Source: Octopus vulgaris (taxonomy: Eukaryota). From it: a stretch of DNA of 64,000 nt. The translations under genes and the position numbers were made by a program. Below are positions 12,416 to 25,331 of this stretch, piece after piece; position 1 is the stretch's first letter, and each line of letters starts with the position of its first letter. A model generated the notes under the pieces. That model ran no database searches and was not told where the DNA came from. It was given only the letters and a program-made list of their open reading frames with translations. Location of the stretch: positions 31,248,001-31,312,000 of the forward strand of contig OX597829.1 in the NCBI GenBank assembly GCA_951406725.2, given 5' to 3'.

Positions 12416-15400
12416 ATATATATATATATATAATATATATATATATATAATATATATATATAACACGCAGACACGTACAGGCATAGAGTAAACTATTTTC
12501 CCATTGCTCTCTCATTTACGTAGGAATGTAGTTTATTTGCATGGGTATTTCTCGACTATAATACTCAAACACGATTGTATAGCAGTTTTGGCTGTAGGTC
12601 ATTTGTGTCATCTTAGAGGTCGTAGCTTAAAATACTTTTTACCGTCGTCCTCCTTTGAAAACTATAAATAATTTCGGCTTCATTGTTATGTTAATTTAAT
12701 TAATTAGGATAGCATATTCTTTGGTTTTAATTACGTTTAGTATAAACTTATAATTAAATACTGTCCTTTTAATCTGCCTGAAATGTATTCGAATCCCTAC
12801 AAGAAATATTGGTAGTCTGATATATTTGGAAGTGGAATGTGGCATAGGCTACAAGTATTATTTCTTTGTAGGTTGATAGAGCAATTAAAATGATTAGTTG
12901 GGTTAAATCTGTTAGTGTGATTGCATCAGATACTTTTGAAGGTTTCATGAACAGTGTATTACATTTTCTGTCTGTCGTTTGTTGAGTTTTAAAAAATAAA
13001 ATGTATTAAAATTAATTTTTGACATTTCATTTTCAGTAACATACTGTTTCCATCGATGACCAAGGCGTCATTTATTAGTACTTGAATGAAATATGCGTGC
13101 AATTTTAAAAATGACAGTATTTGTTGCTTAAACTGATATAAAAAAATGCTTTTAAGACTTCTTTTTTAGTTGAAAGTATATTTTAAATCGTCTATGATAT
13201 AATTTGGTGGTAGGTAGTGTATTCAGAATATTCAATACATTTTTTTTCTCATTATTAATGGCTGCATTCATAAAAATCAGCTGATTCTTGATAAGCTATT
13301 GAAAGTTGCTGTAATATATTATTTTCCCCTGTAGACAATGAATTTACAATTAAAACGTTGTCACATGATCAAATTATTTGAAATATTTTTACTCATTTCC
13401 AAATATAAGTTTTTCTTCATCCTGTTTTGGAGAATGTCTTTTTTGTTAATTATCTAAAAGGCAAACAAGTATAATTTAGATCATTTAAATTAAATGATAT
13501 ATTATTTGAATGTATATATTAGTCAGTCAATTAAAATATTTTGAAACAAACTATCTGTAATAATTAAAGCTTTCATTTTAACAATATGTAAAAATATACT
13601 GGAATTTGATAACTATTAGATATTGATACACAGTTGTTATTTCAAACCCCTTTATTTATATTGTCAGATTTAATTAGTTTATTTTCGTAAATGTAGAGCT
13701 CTGGATATTTCATTATATTTTGTGATTCAGGAAACATTCATTTGAGAGCAAACATATGCAAGTATTAAGAGGGGTTAAGGTACAAGAAGACCATGTGCAA
13801 AAGTACAGCTTGAGGTTAATGTGCTGTGCTGGGTGTCAATGCAAAGTTATATCTAATTATATAACTATATTTGAATAAATATTTGTCAGTGAGTGACTTA
13901 TAAAATTTGTTTTGTACTATAGATTTTAACTTAGTGTATGAAAACTTCACAACAGACTGTGCTTTGTTGAAGATATCTACTTTGCTGGAAAGGTCATTGA
14001 AAAGGATTTAGTTTGTTAGGTGAACAGATAAGGTATTGTTTGTTGTGTTTAACTATTTATTGAATGTTACAGAGGTTGTGATACTGATTGCAAGATACAA
14101 ACGGAATATTGTTAATTACTAAACATTCAGTGAACTGTTGGGGTGGGGGTGGAGTGGGAGGACTGGAAGAAATAAGTGAAGTCAAGTATTTAAAGTATTT
14201 ATGATGTTTACTGCTTAGCTGAATATATATTAATCTAGATATTTTATAAACAATAATCATTTTAGTGGGTTTTTTTTTTTTTATAATTGAAAAAAAGTGT
14301 TACATTTTTGTTGTGATACAAATGTTAACTTTTACGAATGATATAGTTTTTACTTTTTCATTTATATCACTAAAACTAATCGTAATTAGAGTATTATAGT
14401 AACTATTTTAAAACTAAAACTTGCATCTTAAAATGAAAAATACTTCCAGAACGTAACTAGATTTTAGTAAATGTAAATTCAGTATTTAAGTAATAAACGT
14501 TTTTAGCATACCTTATTTAATCTTGAGATATTCGCTATGTTTAAATTTTTTCATCCTTTTTTCACTCCATTAGTATATTTTATGATCTAATATCTTCTTG
14601 TTTTCATCATTAGTGTATTAAGGATTAACTCTGTTCCCAAAGCAAATTCTCAAATTATGAATTTGTTATATTGTTTACTGCTACTATTTCATAAATGTCC
14701 TCAGGGAATTAAAGTGCTGGGAGGGATGGTTTGGTGAAGTTTGCAGATATAACCGCATTTCGTATTTTTCATGTGATGAGTCACGTACTCAAGTTTATTG
14801 TAAAAGAATTAATTTTGATAGCGTTTAAAATTTTTTTTTGTCGTTTATTGCAATTAAAATATTGCAACGATTGCAAAGGAATTAGTGGGTGTAGCTTATT
14901 GTATAGTGAGAATTATCTCCCTTGCATTGAGTAACGTGGAACATGAATACTTGTTTATGAAATTAATGAAATATGTTAACTAAGATTTGTTACATATGGG
15001 CTAATTAATGTTGTGCTCATATATTTATATATGTATATATATATATTTTTTTGGCGGTGGGGCATTGCAAAAAGGAAATTTCTAATTTGTTATGGAAAGC
15101 AGCATGGCTAATGTATAATAAATTATTTAAATATTTTAATTTGTCATGTGTAGGTTATCATATTCTAATATTGTAGATTTTTCGAAAATTCATTTCAACC
15201 CAAATGTTCACTTGATTCCTGGTCTTATTTTTTCAATTGTTGGTTTTCAGTTTTTATATCTTCATAGTCTGCTACTCTAAATAAAATCTGTTCCATAAAT
15301 TTGTTGACCAGAAATAAATGATTTGAGTGTTATAACAGAAATTTACATATCTTCAATAAAAAGAAAAAAAAATATTGCATTTTATAATCACAATATATTA

Positions 15401-15465
15401 ACCAGCTTTTTAGATTGTTTGGTCTCAATTATTTTAGTAAACATATTTTCAACATATGCTTATAG

Positions 15466-15750
15466 TCGGTTCTGGGTTCAGTCTCACTTCATGACTCCCT
15501 GGGCAAGTGTCTTCTACTATAGTTTCAGGCCAATCAAAGCGTTGTGAGTGGATTTGGTGGATGGAAATCCTGTGTTTTTGTGTATGTTCTCCACCTCCAC
15601 TTGAGAACTGGTGTTCAACAAAAAAGACTGGTAGAATAAGCATCAGGCTTAAAAAAGAAAGAGGACTGGGGTTGATTCATTCAACTAAAATTCTTCAATG
15701 CAGTGCCCCAGCATAGCTGCAGTTCTAATGACTGAAACAAATGAAAGAAT
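15466..15750 (+). mobile_element. tRNA/CORE-type SINE, degenerate
   Basis: GGGTTCAGTC..GGGCAAGTGTCTTCTACTATAG..CAAAGC.TTGTGAGTGGATTTGG, ending in AATGACTGAAACAA like 24945-25331. Confidence 0.8.
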
Positions 15751-16029
15751 AATATAAATAAATACATGACTGATCAGTTGTTGTTGAAATAACAATCGGT
15801 CTCATACTTAAGATGAAACCTTTTTCTTTTCAATTTTCACATATATGTTCTTCAGTTTCATATCTGTTGACCATTAGGTATCTTATTTGTACCGGGCCAA
15901 ATTAAGAGTAGGAATCTTCATTTCTAAATTATGGAAGTAATGTCGTTATCTACCATATTGCTGACATATGTTCCCATTGATTGAGAAATAAGGATTCTTG
16001 TTTGAATCCAAGAATAAGTGGTTGGTGAT

Positions 16030-16220
16030 AAAGAGATATGTACTGTGTATAAATCTTAGAGTGTAAGTGATTTAAAAAGAAAACTGGGTATATGACGCAT
16101 TAGATGTTGAGAGGACTATGCTGGTTTGGCCATGTGATGAGAACGGATGGGGATAGCTGCATAAAGAAGTGTCAATCTAATTGTGGAAGGAGTAGATGTG
16201 GGATGAAGTGAGAAAGTATC
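16030..16220 (+). mobile_element. RTE-like LINE C-terminal fragment
   Basis: Encodes LCWFGHVMRTDGDSCIKKC, homologous to 892-1110. Confidence 0.7.
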
Positions 16221-16420
16221 TTCTGTATAGAGGAAGAGCAAAACTGGAAATCTGGGAACATTGATGATAGATTTAGGAACTTTGTTGTTCTAAACAAACT
16301 TCAAGGAAATTAAAAAAAAGACCTTGATAAAATTTTTGTGGAATAGTATGAAATTAACTGTCAAGGTTTTGCTGTGTTCACTTAAATTTTGATTTAACAG
16401 GTGGTATTTATATTGTTACA

Positions 16421-16547
16421 CATCATCATCATCGTCGTTTAATGTCTGCTTTCCATGCTGGCATGGGTTGGACAGTTTGACTGAAGGCTGCACCAGGCTC
16501 CAATCTAATCTGGCAAAGTTTCTACTGTTGGATGCCCTTCCTAATGA
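16421..16547 (-). mobile_element. LINE/SINE 3' tail, minus strand
   Basis: (CAT)n CGTTTAATGTCTGCTTTCCATGCTGGCATGGGTTGGAC is the reverse complement of the tail at 1-40. Confidence 0.8.
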
Positions 16548-17254
16548 CATGAAATTGTCTGAAATATCCTCATCTCAGTTTTTTTCTTATTTGCTATCAA
16601 CACTTGTTTAAAGTTTAACTACAATGTCATTGTATGTACATGTGTATGTACACACACACACACACATTATGGTTAACCTTTCTGCCAATTTTGGCATCGT
16701 TTTAATAGAATAAACTATGAAAATAAATCTAGATATATGTAATGTATAAATTCAACTTAAACTAGAAACCTTATTTGTAAATCAGTAGTAACATATGTCA
16801 GTGGCTGGCAAATAAACGCAATATTCCCTTAGTTCAGAAATTGTTTGCTCATAGGAAGTGCTTGATAATTGATAGAATATTCAGGCTAAGATGTAACATA
16901 AGCTATTTTATTCCATTACACATTGTCTTTGACTTACACAATTTGACAAATTGAATTCAGTGTTAAAAGAAGTTACAAATTGCCATGTCTTTGTAGTTTA
17001 TATAAAAATTCCAGTGATATAATTTTTTGTTGAAATTTTTACTTATTGATATTAAAGCTTGGTTTCAAAGGATAAGGGCATTTACAAACTATTTTGCATT
17101 AAATTTCATCTTCTGTAAAAAAAAAAATCCTACATTTTGCTCAATTTATATTAATTTCTCAATTAGTTGGAAATTGAGGTTTTCATAAAGATATTTTGTG
17201 AACTTGAAATAAATATTGTTACCCTTTTGTAGCTCTTTACTTGTTTATTTCTAG

Positions 17255-17305
17255 GTACTATTGGGACACCTGATGACTACAGCTGTGAATATAAATCTGA
17301 TTCAG
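17255..17305 (+). CDS. Candidate 51-nt in-frame cassette exon of Nova (G-TIGTPDDYSCEYKSDS-G)
   Basis: Acceptor TTTACTTGTTTATTTCTAG|GT and donor TCAG|GTAGGT. Length is 17 codons, phase 1-1, with no stop in the Nova frame. Confidence 0.6.
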
Positions 17306-20300
17306 GTAGGTTGACTAATCTTTACACACACACACACACACACAAGTGAATAAAAGTTATACATATACGTGTGTTTGTAAATATATTTATATACATGTTT
17401 ATGTATATGAATGTATTATGTTCATGTGTAATCTGTGTGTATATGTATGTGTGCATATTTGTGTTATGTGTATGTGTGTATATGTGTGAATATGTATATA
17501 TGTTTGTGTATGTATGTGTGTGTGTACTTTATATACATGTGTGTGTGTACATTTATATACATGTTAAATGTGATTGTATGTATATATATATACACACACA
17601 TACTCACAAATAGACATGAACTACGTATATTTGATAATTAGTTCTGACTTAACATGAAATTATCAATATTCTGTCTTGTATCCTGTTAACTTAGCATTGT
17701 CAAAAAGTTGCATTTGTGAATATGCATTTTTTCCACTCCCCCATTTTGTACAATTTCAACTATCATTCATTGCTAGTTTACATTAACATTGCAATCATCT
17801 GTTCATTTGCTTTTCATTAATTAACTAAAATTTCATATTTCATTGATATTGCCAGAATTGAATTTCCGAATTTTTATTATGAAGAAACAAAAAATATCCA
17901 AAGCAAGAATTTTAATTTCATTCCTCCCAGTTGAAGATGGGATTCATTCTTTTTTTTTTTTTTTTTTATCAAATTCATTTTCACAGATTGACTGTGGAAA
18001 TATTCATAGAATCTGAAATTTCATCACATTTCATGAAAATGTTTGCTAAATCTAAAAATATAACTGCTTTTCTTAGAATTACATAAGGATTATTGTAGAG
18101 CTTTAGTTAGAACAAAATCCAGAGAAGTTATTTTCACAAGTTTAAGGATGAATATGAATTTTAAATATGGTTATTTCTAATTCCTACTTTACTAGTTATG
18201 CCAGATTGATCAAATGCATGCAATTATTCCTATACTAAAACATTTCACTTTAAAAAAAATTTTTTTTACCAAGTTTGTTTGCTCTTCTTGCATTTTCCAT
18301 CAAAATTCACAACTGATTTATAGAATTTCTACCAGTTAAGCATTATTAATATTGGGCTTGTTTTTGTAAAAATATAGACACTTCGATAAATTACAAGTAC
18401 TGTCATTTAGCAAGAAAATATTTCAGTTTATTGGTTTTTCTACATTAAAAGGAATTTCATTTGTCAGGGAAAAAAATTTGTTAATATAACTGATTTGTAA
18501 CTGATACTTAAAATTGTAACAACTGATATCCAAGCATTCTGGAATGTGTGTGTGTATGCATATACCTAGAAATTTTGTTGCCTAAGAATTTTTGAACATT
18601 GGTTAAAAAATTATACCATTACACATGACATTTGCTGTTATATCTGCTTAAAAGGAGATTTACCAAGAAAATTTTAAAGAAATGAGATTCTGGTTTTTGA
18701 AGTAAAATAGGGAATTTCAGTAAACATGCCCACTGATTTTAAATGTGCGTGTAATATATATATAATTACATTATATTCAACGTGTTTGTAATGGATGAAC
18801 ATTTATATTTTACATGTGATTGTGTGCAGATTTGGTTAAATTATGAGGTTTTGATGGCTGAAAATAATTTTTAAAAAAAATAGAAATAATGATAATGGTT
18901 GTCTGATTTGTAACATTATTTTTCCTGATAATTTTTCTGTAGTTTTCTGAAGAAATGGCTTATTGTGATAAGTTAATGTTGCATTGCAGAGAGTAGTTAC
19001 AAATCAACAATAGTTGTATGGTCAATGTAGGGTATTGGGTGTGTCATTTATTGGTGGTTTATAAATGTTATATGTGGCTGTATAGTTGAGTTACATTGTG
19101 CAGCACCATGGGCAGGTGTCCATTATATATTTGTGCTTGTATGTACCCTTGTTTTGACATCATGTGATGGCTGCAAGTGAGAGTGTCACCATCATATATG
19201 ATGTTTTCAGACTGCCATGAAAAACAGGTCTAGCCATGCATCAGAGAATTCTGTCTGTCCCATGAAAGGAAGGAAAATTGATGTTGAAATGATATGTATT
19301 TAGTATTTGTATGTTGTATGCAACAAGCATTTTGCAACTAGTCTCTTTTTGCACTAATTAATTGCTCAGTTGGCATCTTTGCTGGACAAGTTGCTCAGGA
19401 ATAATGAGTAATGGATTTGCAGAATGATATCTAAAATCAATTATAATGAAATATTTAAAATCAGTTCACCTTGTATGATTCATCAAGATGAAGTATGAGC
19501 ATTAGTATACATTTCTTGGTAATTCTGGTAGTGAAAAGGAAGTTTGGTGTGTATAAATCTTAGAACTCTTTTTGTATCTTTTAAAAAACCAAGTGAAAGC
19601 CTAGTGAGAATCCTTTCCCCTTTCTTTACTGCTATATACAGAAACATTTATAAGGAACTGTGTTCAGTTTCCACTTAGTTCTCATTTTTTTTTTTTTTTT
19701 GCTTTCATATTTGTATGTTAACATTAAAGCACTGCTAATTATCATTAAAAGGAAATGTAAAATATAAAAATCAATTATTTTTAAGAGTTGTGAAAAATAA
19801 GGGATGCAAATTTTCTTAGAACACAAGAGTTACAGAAGCAATAAAAAAATAAACTATTACACTGTAAGCAGTGTTATAGTTAGAAACTTTTTACCCAATA
19901 AAAGATAAGAATGATAAGGAATTTCAAAATTAATGGACAGAATACCAAATAAAACTATTGAAGTACTTGGTTGCAATTGCAAACCATACAACTTTTAGCG
20001 GACACCATGACTACATAGTAAATGCTGTGTGAAGCAGAACTACTTGAAGAATGACGTAGCAACACTTATCTTTCCTTTGTTTCTATAGAAATTGTCTGAA
20101 TGGATAACATTGTGGTTAAGTAACTATTGATTATCTCACCAACCACTTGTAAATATAATATCCTGTAAATATAACATCCTGGATACACATTTTTTTAATT
20201 CAGTCATTATTCAAACCATAAATATGGAATCTAGAGGTGCGAATTATTTGGTTTCTAGAAGATTGTTCATGGGTGGTAATTTAATGGTTTGCAAATGAAA

Positions 20301-23300
20301 ATTAGCTAAACATCTTGATAACCATTCTCATCACATTACAAAATGACCCTGTCCTTGTTATAGGAATATGGTAAGTATTCATCATTATCAATTTAACATT
20401 TTTCTATTCTGGCACAGGTTTGCTGAACAGATTTTTTTTTTCCTACATCTGTCATTTCATCTTAACTTTCTAATCTCTGAATATGATTGCTTTGAGTCTT
20501 CCTTCGCTAATTTTGTCAAATTCATGGCAGTTTTTATTTAGCATGTCATCTATTTTCATTACATGTGCATACAACATGATTATTTCTTGCATGTACCAAC
20601 TAATTATATCAATACTTCACTAATTCCCACCCCATATGTCATATTTCCTTGCCATTACATAACATTTACCTTTCACCCTTATTCTATCATTGGATCACTT
20701 CAGCATGATTAAGTGCCCTATGTTATTAAGCATTGCTACTAAGTAAATCACAATAGCAATCAATTTATTTTACAAGTAACTCATGCTGTTAGTCACATTG
20801 AGGAATTTGGATTATGCAAAGTGTTGACTTTATCAACATCAAATCACAGTATGGGTTTTCTTTCCCATTAACTATACAGCATATTTTGTTTCTCAGTATC
20901 ATTCTACGTAGTGAGCTACTAAACTACATCAACTTTTTTTAAGTATCTTTATTAGTGGTTAGTATAGTGTATCATTTGGGACATATCTTGGATGCTGTTG
21001 AACGTCATTTGTATACTGTTACAAATATTCTCTGTTTAACTTTTATTATGCGTTTTCATGTCCCTTCTACTTGATTTATTGATTTATTACACATTTTCCT
21101 TGGCTAATTGCTAATGGAAGAAACCTAAAGAATGACCAATTGTCCAAACTGTCAACTTGTTCTGTTTCCATTCTTGGTGGACTTGGATATTTAAGTCTTC
21201 CATTGTTTTGAATCTTGCTTAGCTATTTGTCATCAAAACATTCTGAAGGGAATGTATCAGTGTTGAAGTATAAAAAGATTGATTGAATTTGGTCATTATA
21301 TAAGATGAAAAAGGGCAATCCAATGATAGATTAGAATAAAACTATATTTTTGATGAGTTGGTTGTAGTATTTTACTTTTAAGGATATGGACAATATGTAA
21401 AATGGCAACATTGATATTACAATGAATTTCAGTTGGTAAACAGCCTTTTGGATTATATTAATTATTGAAGCAACTGAGTATTAAAGAAATAAAATTTTTG
21501 CAAAACTTAATTTTGTCATTCATGTCTAGTTTTATGTAAAAATATATATATATATATATACAAAAAAGAATGCCTTATCAAAAAGGTTCTGAAGGGTTTT
21601 TTCCCCAATTAGAATTCATTTTCTATATATAATGTAACCAGAATCATTGACCATTGAAAGTATGTATGCACTTTCTTCAGAATAAAATTTTGTTTGTATT
21701 GCACTGTCATTTTTTCCCCATTTTCAATGTAACTTTTCATTTAGTTATCTCTTCATTTTAGTATAAATAGCATTTAAAGCATAGATATGCAGAATATGGA
21801 ACCTGGCCCTCTAAACACTTTTTTAACTGCCAGCATCTTCAACAAGCTTATTAAAATTGACAATTTCATATTTAATTTTTTCATCAACTAACAACACAAT
21901 CAAGCTGCATGGATTTTCCTGTCTGTGTGAACATTTTTTTCAAAATATACAGATGCTTTCTTTTTGGCTTGAACTCAGATCTTTAATTTCTAATGTAGGA
22001 GACCTCAGTGTTCTTATCTAGAGAAATATACACTTCAGTTCAGAAGCTCTGAGTTCTCTCATTCTACATGAGAATATGTAGCAAAATATACTGCTTTATC
22101 AAAATTGAATCACTTCAAAGTTAATTTAGGTCTGCAAGCTTAAGACTCAAGCAAAATAATTTTGAAGCCACTTTTTTTCCCTATATTTAAATCATTTAGC
22201 ATACATATAACTATGCAGGCAGGGATTAATCAATGATTTTTAACAGTTTCCAAGTCCTGCTTCATTATGTATGTGAGGGATAATTTTTCTACATTTGGAT
22301 CTTTCATTTATGACATTTTAGTCAACCTCTACTGCAAGCTTATATTCCTGTTTGCCCATCATTCATTATCTACTCGAATAGTGTCTCCATTGCAGCATCA
22401 ACCATTCTTTGTTCAACCATTTTCTCATCTTGCATTCAACCTTCCTAAGAAGTTGACCTTGCTCATCAACCAATCAATATTCGACATCTTCCTTTTCAGT
22501 TGCTCCAGATGGTTTTCTTTCACTATCCATATTTCATTGCCATTATGTGTTTTCACATGATTCATAAAGACTAGTTGTTGTGCAGAGGGAAATATTTTGT
22601 TGCCAGCTGGTAGCATTCCCCTAAATGTCTTCTTTCAAACAGTCACTTTGCTTATCATTAGCTATGATCACAGTTTATGTACATGTACATTAAAGTACTA
22701 GTTGGAAGGGATGGGGATGTGGATGTTACCTTGTACACTGTTCAGTTTTTAGTTGCGTAGTAGACAATTAATAGTTTGTTGCCAGCAAATTTGTTGGCTG
22801 AATTAATCAATCTTAATTCTGATTAAATCCTATAAACAACTGTCATTTCTAATTGCATCCCTGTTTACTTTGGAAATCTGTTCCAACAGATACTCTGATA
22901 TTATGCTAGTGATGTATAACTATGTAATTTACCACATGATATTTTTACTTTATAATGCAATTGGTGGACGATAGTGTTTCCAATATGCCAGTCACTGGTT
23001 TGCTACATTTGTGACGGTAGCAGCAGCTCAAAATGGAACAAAAAAACAACCAAGGATTTTTATTCAAGAGCACTATTGCAATTTTCTTGCCAAAATATAT
23101 TGGTGAAAGATCCACATAAAGCACTTCTTCAAAATGAGTTACAAAATCAATGGTTGATATGCAGTTATATGGTAGAAGATACTTACCCAAAATGCTGCAC
23201 ATTTGGATTAAACCTGGAATCACTTGGATACAAAGCAACAACAGCATTGCCTGCTGGGATAAAATTTATTGCTGGATTGATATATTTTTTTACAAGATGA

Positions 23301-24130
23301 AACCATCTAAATTTCAATCTTATTGGATTGAAATTTTCTCTGCTAGTGTTTTTCGTTCTTTGTTTCTGTATACTTTACATTTAGAAAAAAAAAAACAATG
23401 TTTTGCATGATTGGTTTTCACATCTTGTGCACATTTCTAATATTGCCCTAATTACTGAATCTGAGATGAATATGTATTGTTGACTTAAATAGTTAATTCA
23501 TTCCTTCTCATGTATATGTCCACGAATTGTATATTTAAATATCTCACATAAAGTCTCTTGAATCCATTCTCCAATGGAACATTGACTTCATCTGAAAGCA
23601 CACTGACGTATGCTTCTGTTCTTCCATCAAATTTCATTATTATAGCTATTTATTTTTAGAATCTTTATAATTTAATTTACAGTTAGTTGGAAATCATATT
23701 TTTATTGAGGTTTTTCCTATGAACAAGTAATATTTTGAAACCTCAATGCTATAGATATTCCAGTACCATTCATAGATTAAAATTTTGAATGGATGTTCTT
23801 TTGCTATAACACAGACTAGCAACTGGTACTTTATGATGCCTGATCATAAATCACTTAGTGATTGACCTTTTAGCATTTAGATTGTACTGTCAAATATAAT
23901 TTATTCACATTGTTTTGAATTAATCATGCATTATCTTGTAGCTTCAGAATTTTCATGTGATTATATTACCTTGCATTGTACGTAGGTGTGACTGGCTAGT
24001 TTGAACATAGAACAGGTAGAATATTTAGGTCAGATATGGCCAGTTTAAATGCAAAAGGGTTAAGAAATGTTTTTGTTTCCTTCCACTTCAGTTGAGCTTT
24101 TTTCCTTAACGATAACAGATTTGTGTAATG

Positions 24131-24173
<43 letters not shown>

Positions 24174-24364
24174 AACTGCATGCAGACGAGATTTAACATA
24201 CTAATTTTAAGTGTATTTTCCCTTTTTAGAGGAATAGCATGCTTCATATGAAATTATACAAATGAAACATTATGGTAGTAGAAATAAATGAATCTATGTA
24301 AAACACTCTACATATTAAAGCAAGAAGATTGTCATATCCTTATAGTTCAGTGATATTTTTGTGT

Positions 24365-24735
24365 GTGTGTGGTTAAAAAGTTTGCTTGGCGACCATATGT
24401 AGGTTTTCAGTTCAGTCCTATTGTGCAGTGTTTTTGGCAAGTGTCATCTGCTACATTTGTTGACCACCCAAAGCTTTGTGAGTGAATTTTGTTGATGAAA
24501 ACTGTAGGAAACCTGTAATGTGTGTGTGTGAATGTTTATGAAAATTAACATTTGACTGCACGTATCACTGCCAGTGATATGTTTCCATTCCTTTCAAAGA
24601 TTTGTGGAATAAAAAAAAGATTTCTTACTTGAAAATGAGGTAAAGTTTGGCAACAGGAAAAGCATCCAGCCATAAAATCTTGCCTCTTCTTCCTGTTCAA
24701 CCCACTCTAGTATGGGAAAATAGATGCTAGAGAAT
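24365..24735 (+). mobile_element. Degenerate tRNA/CORE-type SINE with LINE-like tail
   Basis: GTGTGGTTAAAAAGTTTGCTT..GTTCAGTCC..GGCAAGTGTC..CAAAGCTTTGTGAGTGAATTT, with tail GGCAACAGGAAAAGCATCCAGCC..CAACCCA. Confidence 0.65.
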
Positions 24736-24944
24736 GTTTGTGTGTGTATATCTGCATTTGCAACTTGTTGAATTTGGTGGGGTGGAGTAACAAAAATATT
24801 TTAGGTTCTTATGCAGTTATATGAAGAACAAAACATTGATGAGGAGACTTGTATTAAAAGTAATATAATTTATTACACAATTAAGTTTGACTAGGTTTGT
24901 AAGCCATCAGGTGAAATTGAATGGCTTAGTCAAAAAGAAACATA

Positions 24945-25113
24945 TGGTGTAGGAGTGGCTGTGTGTTAAGTAGCTTGCTTACGAACCACATGTTCCGGGT
25001 TCAGTTACACTGCATGATACTTTGGGCAAGTGTCTTCTACATTAGCTTCGGGCCAACCAAAGCCTTGTGAATGGATTTGGTAGACAGAAACTGAAAGAAG
25101 CCCATCATGTATG

Positions 25114-25144
<31 letters not shown>

Positions 25145-25331
25145 TTGTTCCCCCAACATCGCTTGATAACCAATGCTGGTGCGTTTACATCCCTGTAACT
25201 TAGCGGTTCAGCAAAAGAGATGAAAGAATAAATACTAGGCTTATCAAGAATAAGTCCTGGGGTCAGTTTGCTCTACTAAAGGCAGTGCTCCAGCATGGCC
25301 AAAGTCAAATGACTGAAACAAGTAAAAGAGT
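24945..25331 (+). mobile_element. Near full-length tRNA-derived CORE-type SINE
   Basis: GGTGTAGGAGTGGCTGTGTGTTAAG (A box), CCGGGTTCAGT (B box), TTTGGGCAAGTGTCTTCTAC, an internal microsatellite, and a 3' end AATGACTGAAACAAGTAAAAGAG. Confidence 0.85.

Noticed and set aside
24945-25030. tRNA gene
   Set aside because: The A/B-box-like head belongs to a multi-copy SINE, and I saw no intact cloverleaf.
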